From: Acidobacteriota bacterium
Lineage (GTDB): Bacteria; Acidobacteriota; UBA890; WLXD01
Reading direction: 5' to 3'
DNA: 64,000 nucleotides
Assembly: GCA_963666215.2 (NCBI GenBank)
Contig: CAXWPL010000002.1
Coordinates: 672,001-736,000, forward strand
Shown here: positions 42,914 through 52,756 of the stretch, one piece after another
Position numbering within the stretch: position 1 is the first letter of the stretch
Layout of the letters: every line of letters begins with the position of its first letter
Program-made: the position numbers and the translations under genes
Notes under the pieces: model-generated
Database searches by the model: none
Told to the model about the DNA's origin: nothing
Seen by the model: the letters and a program-made list of their open reading frames with translations, nothing else

Positions 42914-43065
42914 GCCCGCTTAAGGCACTGTTCGCGGGGTTCGCGCTGGCGTGGGTTGTCGTGTGGGGCTACATCTGGATCGTCGGTCGTAGGGCGAGCG
43001 CCATCGAGCGACGACTCCAGGTCCTCGAGCGGGCGAGCGACCAGCAGGACGAGCACGACCGCTGA
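42910..43065 (+). CDS. ccmD: CcmD-like small membrane protein
   Basis: Single TM helix plus charged tail; ATGA overlap with ccmC. Confidence 0.75.
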   Translation: MSPLKALFAGFALAWVVVWGYIWIVGRRASAIERRLQVLERASDQQDEHDR

Positions 43066-43134
43066 GCTGGGCACGACTGAGCGGTCGGATCGCCTCATCA
43101 GCGGATTGTCGGACGCCGATTCCCGCGGCATGGA

Positions 43135-44376
43135 TCAGCGCAGGGAGGTCCGACCGCCGGCGATTTGCGAAAGGAATGACTCGCCCATCGTTCCTCCTTC
43201 GACGCCAAAATTATCGAGCAGCGTGCTGCCAACGTCGGCGAAGCTCTGGCGGTCGCCGAGGTCGACCGGCTCCACACCGGGCCCAACCACCAGAAGCGGG
43301 ACGCGCTCGCGTGTGTGGTCCGTCCCGGGGTAGGTCGGATCGTTGCCGTGGTCTGCGGTGAGTATCAGACACGCATCGTCAGTCAGGGCGTCGAGCAGCC
43401 GCGGCAGGGATTCGTCGAGCCGCTCGAGGGCTGTAGCGTAGCCGTGAGGGTCGTTCCGGTGCCCGTAGAGCGTGTCGAAATCCACGAGGTTGGTGAAAAT
43501 CAGCTGCGCACGGCCATCCAGTAGCGCCTGCCGAGTGGCGTCGATACCAGCTTCGTTGTCGCCGGTCTTGATACTGGCGCCAATTCCCTGCCCGGCGAAG
43601 ATGTCGAAAATTTTGCCCACGGCGAGCGTCTCGATCCCGGCCGCGTGCAGCCGGTCGAGCGCCGTCCGCCCAGGAGGCGGCAGCGAAAAATCACGCCGCC
43701 GCGAGGTGCGCTCGAAGCCGCCCTTCGGGTCGCCGGTGAACGGGCGGGCGATCACCCGCCCCACGCCGTGCTCGCCCTGCAACAGATCGCGAGTCTGCTG
43801 GCAGATCGCGTACAGCTGTTCGAGCGCAAACACCTCCTCGTGGGCCGCAATCTGAAACACACTATCGGCCGAGGTGTACACAATCAGCTTGCCGCTGGCG
43901 ACGTGCTCGGCCCCGAGTCGGTCGATGATCTCGACTCCCGAAGCGGCGACGTTGCCGAGCACGCCACGGCCCACCCGACGTTCGAAGGTTGCGATGAGCT
44001 GGTCGGGAAAACCGTCGGGATAGGTTGGCAGCGCGCCCTCGGCCATGACACCCATCAGCTCCCAGTGGCCCGCCGTTGTGTCCTTGGCCGGTGCAACTTC
44101 GGTCATCCGTCCCCACGCCGCCTGCGGCCTGGCGTGGTCGCGAGCGAAGCCAGCTTCGTCTGAACCGCCCGAGCCAGCCAACCGCAGAGCTGGTACTCCG
44201 GGAATCCTGTCGAGTCCGAGGCGTGCCAGATTCGGCAGCGCGGGTTGCGCCGTCTCGATGACGTGCGCCAGCGTGTTGGCGCCGTGATCGCCGAACGCGG
44301 CGGCGTCGGGTGCGTTCCCGCAGCCCACGCTGTCGCAAACAACCACCGCGATACGCTCGAAACGGTGCGCGCTCAT
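43135..44376 (-). CDS. deoB: Phosphopentomutase
   Basis: DSVGCG, KDTTAGHWE, YTSADSVFQIAAHE, TADHGNDP and TDHTRE. Confidence 0.95.
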   Translation of the reverse strand: MSAHRFERIAVVVCDSVGCGNAPDAAAFGDHGANTLAHVIETAQPALPNLARLGLDRIPGVPALRLAGSGGSDEAGFARDHARPQAAWGRMTEVAPAKDTTAGHWELMGVMAEGALPTYPDGFPDQLIATFERRVGRGVLGNVAASGVEIIDRLGAEHVASGKLIVYTSADSVFQIAAHEEVFALEQLYAICQQTRDLLQGEHGVGRVIARPFTGDPKGGFERTSRRRDFSLPPPGRTALDRLHAAGIETLAVGKIFDIFAGQGIGASIKTGDNEAGIDATRQALLDGRAQLIFTNLVDFDTLYGHRNDPHGYATALERLDESLPRLLDALTDDACLILTADHGNDPTYPGTDHTRERVPLLVVGPGVEPVDLGDRQSFADVGSTLLDNFGVEGGTMGESFLSQIAGGRTSLR

Positions 44377-44528
44377 CGCCCACCTCGGGAGGCTCGTCGG
44401 CCAAGCAACCGCATCGTGCTGCGCGTTGTGCTTTGCGCCTGGCACCATCGGACCTGACGGCTAGCACTCGGCCGCGATCTCGCGGTGTTCACGCTGAGGC
44501 GGTCGGCGAGCGTTGGGCGGCGCTGCGA

Positions 44529-45338
44529 CTACCCGCTGTCGCCGCCGGCCCCACCGCCATCGAGATTCTCGAGGTCGACCGGTCTGAGGCCGAGCTCCGC
44601 CGCGAGCTCCTCGATGCGAACACGAGCACGCGCTGCATGCGATGTATTGGCGTGTTCCACGGAAATCTGCTGGTACGCAAGCATCGCTGCTTGCAGGTCG
44701 CCGGCCGTCTCGAACGCCCGCGCCTTTGCCGCCAAGGCCTCCTCGGTTGGCACCCCGGTGGCACCATCCCGCGACAGCCGATCGAACAGAGCCAGCGCCT
44801 CGTCGACGCGATCGGTCCGTGCGTACAGCTGGCCGAGCCGATAGGTAGCTACGGAACGCACCAGCGGCACCGAGGCGTTGGTGAGCCCATCGAGCACGGC
44901 GATGGCTTCATCGTCGCGCCCCTGTTCGGCCAACGTCGAGCCGCGATAGAACGTGGCGACCTGTCCCGACGGGTAGCGCCCGTACTCCGCCGAGACTTCC
45001 TCGAAAGCGGTTACCGCCGCCGCAAGGCGATCCTCGTCGGTCTTGAAGCGGACATCGCTGAGCGCGGTATCGTCGGGCGCAGCCGTTCCAACCGGCGCGG
45101 CGTACAGCCTCAGCGCCTGAGCCAACGCTGCGGCGGCTTTCCCCTCTTGGCGTTGCCGATAGTTGAGGAAGCCCACAAGAAGTGAAGCTGCCGCGACAAC
45201 GATCAGCGCGATGAGGCCGAGACGGCGGCGGCGCTGAAGCATCCAGGAGGCGAATCGAGAGGCGCCGCTCGCGAACTTGTCCTGGTCCTTCAGATCCTTC
45301 CGCGAGAAGCTCTTGGGACGTGAGATCGTCTTGACCAT
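44529..45338 (-). CDS. YfgM-like membrane-anchored TPR protein
   Basis: Basic N-terminus (RKDLKDQDKF), one TM helix, TPR-like helices. Confidence 0.7.
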   Translation of the reverse strand: MVKTISRPKSFSRKDLKDQDKFASGASRFASWMLQRRRRLGLIALIVVAAASLLVGFLNYRQRQEGKAAAALAQALRLYAAPVGTAAPDDTALSDVRFKTDEDRLAAAVTAFEEVSAEYGRYPSGQVATFYRGSTLAEQGRDDEAIAVLDGLTNASVPLVRSVATYRLGQLYARTDRVDEALALFDRLSRDGATGVPTEEALAAKARAFETAGDLQAAMLAYQQISVEHANTSHAARARVRIEELAAELGLRPVDLENLDGGGAGGDSG

Positions 45339-45457
45339 CGGGCGATTCTAGCAGGTCAACTGAGCGCCAATCGGCGCGTTCGAGCCTCGTGCACGGGCCT
45401 GCGCGCAAGCTGCTTCCAAGCTCGGCCTGTTGCCCGTCCGCACGACGCGGCCGGCCG

Positions 45458-45910
45458 TCATTCGGGTTGATCCGTTGCGCTGGAAATCGCGTCCGGACCC
45501 TCGATCCAGTGTGCCCCGGCCTCGCCGAATTCCTTCTTCCAAATGGGCACGCTCGTCTTGAGGCGATCGATCAGCTGTTCGCAGGCGCGAAACGCCGCCG
45601 CCCGGTGCGCCGACGACACCGCCATCGCAACCGACACCTCACCAATTTCCAGTCGACCGAAGCGATGTGCCACCGCGATTCGCGTGATGTCCTCCTGGGC
45701 CAGCAGCTCCTGTGCGAGCCGACGAAGCTGGCGTTCGACCATCGGCGCGTACGCCTCGTACTCCAGATAACGCACCACGCGACCCAGGTGGTGATCGCGC
45801 ACAGTGCCTTCGAACGTGACGATAGCGCCGGCCTTGGCGATGGCCACCAACGGACGCAGCGCCGCCGCCGAGATCGGATCGCTGGTCACGCGCACGGTGA
45901 GGTCAGACAT
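45458..45910 (-). CDS. moaE: Molybdopterin synthase catalytic subunit
   Basis: GAIVTFEGTVR, LEYEAY, HRFG and PIWKKE. Confidence 0.94.
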   Translation of the reverse strand: MSDLTVRVTSDPISAAALRPLVAIAKAGAIVTFEGTVRDHHLGRVVRYLEYEAYAPMVERQLRRLAQELLAQEDITRIAVAHRFGRLEIGEVSVAMAVSSAHRAAAFRACEQLIDRLKTSVPIWKKEFGEAGAHWIEGPDAISSATDQPE

Positions 45911-46211
45911 CGGCCGACAGCCAGCGAGCCCGCTCGGCATCTACTCTTGCGCGAGGGTGGTCGCCCACTCCACCGCTGACGGGCGGAATCAACGCCACAA
46001 TATCGCCCGCCTCGAGCCCGCAATCGCCGTCGGCGTACTCCTCGTTGACGGCAATCATCAGCCGCCCACGCAGCTCGGCGGCAGCCGGGAATCTCCGTTC
46101 GAGCTCGTCGAGCGCCGATGTCGCGGTGGCGCCTGGCGCCAACGTGAGCTCGAGGCGCTGCGTCCCGCAGATCTCGCGTAGCCGTGCGAACAGAAGCAGC
46201 TCGATGGTCAT
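45903..46211 (-). CDS. moaD: Molybdopterin synthase sulfur carrier with a C-terminal extension
   Basis: LFARLRE, AVNEEY and ALIPPVSGG, followed by about 20 extra residues. Confidence 0.88.
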   Translation of the reverse strand: MTIELLLFARLREICGTQRLELTLAPGATATSALDELERRFPAAAELRGRLMIAVNEEYADGDCGLEAGDIVALIPPVSGGVGDHPRARVDAERARWLSADV

Positions 46212-46230
46212 GCGGTGTTGGTCCCGGCTC

Positions 46231-47235
46231 TCAGCCGCCGATCGCCGACATCGTCCGCTTCGGGCGAACGAAGGTCGGGCTGTTGATCAGGTGCCCGGGC
46301 TCCTTGCGACGCCAGGCGCCGGCGATCAGGTCCTCGACGTCGGCGTCTCTCGCGCCGCTGCGCATCGGCGTCTTGAGGTCCACTTCTTCATGAGCAAACA
46401 GGCAGGTGAGCAACTTACCGTCGGCGGTGAGGCGAGCGCGGTTGCAAGCGCCGCAGAACGGTCGCGTGACCGGCGCGATGATGCCGATCTCTCCTCGTCC
46501 GTCGGCAAACCGGAAACGCTCGGCGGTCTCCGCGTTGTGGGTCGGGTCCAGCGGAACGAGCTCGCGCCACGCGCTCAGCGCCTGTCGCACCTCGGCGCCG
46601 GGCACCAGTAGCTTTCGGCTCCATACGTCGCCGGCCTCGAGGGGCATGAATTCGATAAAGCGCACGATCGCCCCGGTTCGTCGAGCAAAGCGCCCAAAGT
46701 CGACGAACTCGTCGTCGTTGAAGCCACGCATCGTCACGACGTTGACCTTGACCGGGCTCAGGCCGCTCGCCTGTGCTAGATGGATGCCCTCGAGCACGGT
46801 ATCGAGCCCCGTGCGTTGAGTCATACGGCGGAAACGATCGCTTCGCAGCGTGTCGAGGCTGATGTTGATCCGCCGCAGCCCCGCCGCCACAAGCCCGTCG
46901 AGCTGGTCCCTGAGCCGCGTGGCATTGGTCGTCAGCGCGATGTCGCGAATCTGCGGCCGCGCGGCGATCTTCGCGACCAAGCGATCGAGCTGGCGACGAA
47001 GAAGCGGCTCGCCGCCGGTCAGACGGATCTTCGTCACTCCGAGGCGCACGAAGCAGCCGACCAGTCGATCCATCTCCTCGAAGCTGAGCAGCTCGTGACG
47101 CGGCTGGAACTCTGGCGTCTCCTCCGGAATGCAGTAGACGCACCTCAGGTTGCAGCGGTCGGTGACCGACAGCCGTAGGTCGCCGATCGGTCGGCCAAAG
47201 CCATCGCGGAGCCTGGAGGCAGCTGTCATGACCAT
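46231..47235 (-). CDS. moaA: GTP 3',8-cyclase
   Basis: SVTDRCNLRCVYC, FCGACNRAR and C-terminal MSAIGG. Confidence 0.96.
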   Translation of the reverse strand: MVMTAASRLRDGFGRPIGDLRLSVTDRCNLRCVYCIPEETPEFQPRHELLSFEEMDRLVGCFVRLGVTKIRLTGGEPLLRRQLDRLVAKIAARPQIRDIALTTNATRLRDQLDGLVAAGLRRINISLDTLRSDRFRRMTQRTGLDTVLEGIHLAQASGLSPVKVNVVTMRGFNDDEFVDFGRFARRTGAIVRFIEFMPLEAGDVWSRKLLVPGAEVRQALSAWRELVPLDPTHNAETAERFRFADGRGEIGIIAPVTRPFCGACNRARLTADGKLLTCLFAHEEVDLKTPMRSGARDADVEDLIAGAWRRKEPGHLINSPTFVRPKRTMSAIGG

Positions 47236-47472
47236 CGCATGTCCATCGAAGCCGTCGCCTTCGCTTCAGACCATCAGACGCGATCTGCGCAGAGCGTCTG
47301 AACACGAGGCCGAGGGCGCCGGCACCCCGGGTCCCACGGAATCTCTGTGCCCGACACCGGTGTCTTTCGGGCCGCGCCCGACGGCGACATGATACCCTCA
47401 CACGCCGCCGAGCGGACGACCACGCGTCGATGCCGCACCCCCGCACCCGCAGCCAGCGCCGGAAGACACGAG

Positions 47473-47934
47473 ATGCCGCGTCCGCGAGCCCACTTCTGGC
47501 TGCTCGTGGGTGCCATCGCTGGGCTCATCGTCGGCGCGGTTGGCAGTGCGTGGACGCCTGCCGCGGCCTCTTCGCCGCCGAGGGCCCTGCGGCTCGGGCT
47601 GTCCTGGCTTCTCGGCCTGCTGGTCTTCTGGGGCTGTGCGGCGCTCTATTTTCGCTCCAACTGGGCCGTCGCTGTCGACGCCTTGCGACACGGGGAAACG
47701 CTCCGACGGAAGGCGGCCGAACGACTCGAAGCCAGCGTCCTCGACGGCCAGCGCTGGACCGTCACGCTGCGCGACAACCTCGAGGAGGTTCATGCCGACT
47801 CCTTGCCGAGTCGCCAGCGCCTCTACCTCGACGGAGCTCGCGCGCACGCCGACAAACTCGTCGAGGTCTTCGAACGATGCGCCGCCGTGAGCGACCGGCT
47901 GCGCGACTGCCAGGGTGAGCAGAGGCCGAAATGA
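47473..47934 (+). CDS. Hypothetical membrane protein
   Basis: Two hydrophobic segments followed by a helical domain. Confidence 0.5.
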   Translation: MPRPRAHFWLLVGAIAGLIVGAVGSAWTPAAASSPPRALRLGLSWLLGLLVFWGCAALYFRSNWAVAVDALRHGETLRRKAAERLEASVLDGQRWTVTLRDNLEEVHADSLPSRQRLYLDGARAHADKLVEVFERCAAVSDRLRDCQGEQRPK

Positions 47935-48433
47935 CCCCGAGTCGAGCGTGGGGGCCGCGCGATTGAGCGAATCGTCAGCCGCGCCCGCCGGTGGCAGTGA
48001 CCGCATAGGAGACCGCAGCAATACGACTCGCTCGACCTCGGTGGTTGCTGCCGTGATCGAACGCGAAGGCAAGGTACTGCTGTGCCAACGTGCCGACGCG
48101 GCGTCGTCGGGACTCTGGGAATTTCCGGGTGGCAAGCTGCTCCCCGGCGAGGAGCCCGAAGCTGCCCTGCGACGCGAGCTCCGCGAGGAGCTCGGCTCGG
48201 AGGCGGTCGTCGGTGCGCTGCTGACGGAGCGCGCGCACCGCGACCCCGACGGCACGTTGTGGGTGCGGTTCTATGCGGCCCGCCTCGAGGATGAGCCTCA
48301 GGCGCTGGTGCATCGGGGGCTTGTCTGGGCGCGGCGCTCTCAGATGACCGACTTCGACATGCCACCGGTCGACGCCGCCGCGTTGCCCGAGATCATCGCG
48401 CGCTTGGAAAGCGGTGAACTCGACTTCCACTGA
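47915..48433 (+). CDS. NUDIX hydrolase (MutT/NudG-like; start uncertain)
   Basis: [27 protein letters not shown] Nudix box. Confidence 0.9.
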   Translation: MSRGRNDPESSVGAARLSESSAAPAGGSDRIGDRSNTTRSTSVVAAVIEREGKVLLCQRADAASSGLWEFPGGKLLPGEEPEAALRRELREELGSEAVVGALLTERAHRDPDGTLWVRFYAARLEDEPQALVHRGLVWARRSQMTDFDMPPVDAAALPEIIARLESGELDFH

Positions 48434-48585
48434 ACGTGTGGAAGACGGTGTTGAAAAGTGTTCGAGAAACTCTTCCGACGCCACGCAGCGGCGGCCAGCT
48501 GCAGGTTGAAGCACATTGCACCATCGGCGGTGCAGTTGAGCTGTCGTCGCCGAGGCATCCGTGCCTCAAAGCCACGAAGCGTCCC

Positions 48586-49698
48586 TCACCTGCCGTTCCA
48601 TATCCGCCAGCGATCGACCACCTGCTCGCCTCGAACGACGGTGCACTCCGGAAAAGCGGCGGCCGAGGGGCACGAGTGGTTGGGCAGCAAGCGCAAGCGG
48701 TTTCCCACAGGCAGCGGCCGCGAAAGCTTGCCGTGCTCCTGACTGAGGGAGGTGAGCCGAAGCTCCGGATGCAGACGCCCGGCCTGGTAGTCCTCATGAG
48801 TGGCAAACAGCTCGGCCATCGTCGAGGCCTGCCCCGATGTAGCGGAGCTCAGAGAGCAGCGTTCCTTCGACAAGGCCAACGCGCCCGCGTCGACAATGGC
48901 GTGATCACGCAGACGCGACACGACGCTGGTCAGCACCGTCAGGGCACAGTCGGCCACGCCACAGCTACCCAGCTGCACCTGCATCATGTCGTAGAACGCG
49001 TAGTTGCCGGGCCGCGCCTCGGTGACACCGTCGAGTCTCTCGACCTGGGCCATCGAGGGCGTTGACCCGACGCTGATCTCGGAGACCTCGTGGCTCGCGG
49101 AACGCAGCCGCTCGCCAAGTTCGACCATGCAGGCACGCTCCTCCTCGGCGGCGGCGGCGGCGGCGCTCGGGTGGGTGGCGTCGTAGGCGTGGCCGGAGTG
49201 CGACAGCAACCCGGCGAAGTCCATCCCGGCGCCCTTGATCTCGCCAGCAAGGAGCTCCGCGGTGCTGCTGAGCGGGTCGACGCCGGCACGGTGATATCCA
49301 CAGTCGACCTTGATCCAGACGCGGAACGGGTGCCCCTCGTTGGCCAACGCTGCAACCGCCTCGTGAGAATCCACCACGACGCCCAGGCGCACGCGATCGG
49401 CCAACTCGCGCGCCTCGCCAGCGCGGCTAAGAATCAGCGGAAATGCCCAGGTGATGTCGTCGAAGCCGGCGTCGGCGAAGGACTTCGCTTCGTAGAGCGT
49501 CGAGGCGGTAATGCCCCTCGCGCCCGCGTCGAGCTGCAGGCGCCCGATCTCATGACACTTGTGGGTTTTGATATGAGGCCGGAGCGCCACACCGAGATCA
49601 CGGCATCGCTCGGCCATCGCGGCGATATTTGCCTCGAGCACGTCGAGGTCGACAACAAGGGCGGGCGTGGCGATCTCGGCGAGCGTCCGTGGCAGCAT
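48586..49698 (-). CDS. Fold-type III PLP enzyme (D-threonine aldolase / D-serine dehydratase-like)
   Basis: TPALVVDLD, RPHIKTHK, VGSTPS, RPGNY and LPNHSC. Confidence 0.88.
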   Translation of the reverse strand: MLPRTLAEIATPALVVDLDVLEANIAAMAERCRDLGVALRPHIKTHKCHEIGRLQLDAGARGITASTLYEAKSFADAGFDDITWAFPLILSRAGEARELADRVRLGVVVDSHEAVAALANEGHPFRVWIKVDCGYHRAGVDPLSSTAELLAGEIKGAGMDFAGLLSHSGHAYDATHPSAAAAAAEEERACMVELGERLRSASHEVSEISVGSTPSMAQVERLDGVTEARPGNYAFYDMMQVQLGSCGVADCALTVLTSVVSRLRDHAIVDAGALALSKERCSLSSATSGQASTMAELFATHEDYQAGRLHPELRLTSLSQEHGKLSRPLPVGNRLRLLPNHSCPSAAAFPECTVVRGEQVVDRWRIWNGR

Positions 49699-50887
49699 GG
49701 GGCGACTCCAACTCTTGGGTGCCGTGGGGAGAACCGCGAACATACTGCATTTCGATCTGGACGCCTTCTATCCGAGCGTCGAGATGCTCGACGATCCGGA
49801 TCTGCGCGGCCGGCCGGTGATCGTCGGCGGCCTCGGTAATCGAGGCGTGGTGGCGTCGGCCTCGTACGAGGCTAGGCAGCACGGTGTGCACTCGGCCATG
49901 CCAATGGCCAGAGCGCGGCGCCTGTGCCGCGACGGTGTCTATGTGGCGCCGCGCCTCAAGCGCTACCGTGAGCTCTCCAGTGCAGTCTTCGCCGTCTACC
50001 GCCGCTGGAGTGAACGGCTCGAGCCGCTGTCGCTCGATGAGGCCTATGTCGACGTCTCTGAGCGCTGTGCTGAGCACGATGCGGATGTCGGAGGTCAGCG
50101 CGACAGGGGACGCGAGCCGCAGGCCGTGTCGATCGCCCATGAGGTCAAGCAAGCTGTGCTCCGCGAGACGGGCCTCACCGTGTCGGCCGGTGTTTCGTAC
50201 AACAAGTTTCTCGCCAAGTTGGCGTCGGCTCACGACAAGCCCGACGGACTCACCTACATCGACGCCTCGATGGCGCGGCGGTTCCTCGCACCGTTGCCGC
50301 CGCGCAAGCTCTGGGGCGTGGGCCCCGCCACCGCGCAGCGCCTGGCGGATGCCGGCTACGCCACCATCGGCGACATCGCGGCCGCCGAGGAGGATCATCT
50401 GGTGGCGCTCGTCGGTAAGCTCGGTCACCGGATCCGACGATTCGCCGTCGGAGAGGACGACCGCGTGGTTCGCCCGCCGGGTAACCCGAAGTCGATATCG
50501 GGCGAAACGACGTTCGACGACGACATCGTCAGTTGGGAACAGGCCGCCCCGCACATCAGGCGTTTCGCAGCCAGCATCGAGCGCAGCCTGACCCGCCGCG
50601 ACCTGATCGCGCGCACAGTCGTACTGAAGATCCGCTATCAGGACTTTCGCACCATCACGCGATCGGGCACGCCCGGCGAGCCACTGGCGCGCGCGGAAGA
50701 GGTCCTGGCGGTCGCCCGACGCCTCGCCACCGGCGTCGAGCTGTCGAAGCAACGACGCATCCGCCTCGTGGGTCTGGGCGTCTCCAACATCATGACGCGT
50801 GCCCGAGCGGCCGAGTTGAGCGCCGCCAAGCCGCCGGACTCACCACAGCTCGAGCTGTTCGACGGGCCGTCGCCGCCAAATCGCTGA
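49697..50887 (+). CDS. dinB: DNA polymerase IV (start may be GTG near 49724)
   Basis: HFDLDAFY, ASYEAR, SLDEAY, KPDG and LWGVG. Confidence 0.94.
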   Translation: MGRLQLLGAVGRTANILHFDLDAFYPSVEMLDDPDLRGRPVIVGGLGNRGVVASASYEARQHGVHSAMPMARARRLCRDGVYVAPRLKRYRELSSAVFAVYRRWSERLEPLSLDEAYVDVSERCAEHDADVGGQRDRGREPQAVSIAHEVKQAVLRETGLTVSAGVSYNKFLAKLASAHDKPDGLTYIDASMARRFLAPLPPRKLWGVGPATAQRLADAGYATIGDIAAAEEDHLVALVGKLGHRIRRFAVGEDDRVVRPPGNPKSISGETTFDDDIVSWEQAAPHIRRFAASIERSLTRRDLIARTVVLKIRYQDFRTITRSGTPGEPLARAEEVLAVARRLATGVELSKQRRIRLVGLGVSNIMTRARAAELSAAKPPDSPQLELFDGPSPPNR

Positions 50888-51027
50888 GTTGCTAGACTGG
50901 CCGGGCTGCCATCGGTTCACCCGGCGGGCGGCCGCAAGAATGCCATTCGGAGGGGCGGTGGCCGGCCGACGCCGGCAACCTCTTCGACGACACGGGAGTC
51001 AAACGGCCCTGGTAGGAGCGTCATCGG

Positions 51028-51234
51028 ATGGAACCCACGGAAGTGCAGCCGGAACCGCCCTCTCGGAGCGACGCTGACAGGTGTGAGTCGGCAATCAAAC
51101 CCGGCGACTGGTCATCGCACCCCGCGGTGAACAGCGCTACGCCATGCCCGTACTGCGGCCACGAGGCGCTGCATGAACAGCACTGCAAGCGAATGTGCCT
51201 GGCTTGCGGCTGGTATGAGTCCTGCGTCGACTGA
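51028..51234 (+). CDS. Small cysteine-rich zinc-finger protein
   Basis: CPYCG...HCKRMCLACGWYESCVD; AGGAG RBS. Confidence 0.6.
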   Translation: MEPTEVQPEPPSRSDADRCESAIKPGDWSSHPAVNSATPCPYCGHEALHEQHCKRMCLACGWYESCVD

Positions 51235-51268
51235 TCTTCACGACCGTCCTGGGATCTGGCCCTGGGAA

Positions 51269-52687
<1,419 letters not shown>

Positions 52688-52756
52688 GTCCTTCTTCCTT
52701 GCTGCCGCGGTTGACAGTCTCGCCGGCTCGTCGGAGCTCGCTAGCGAATCCGTTTC

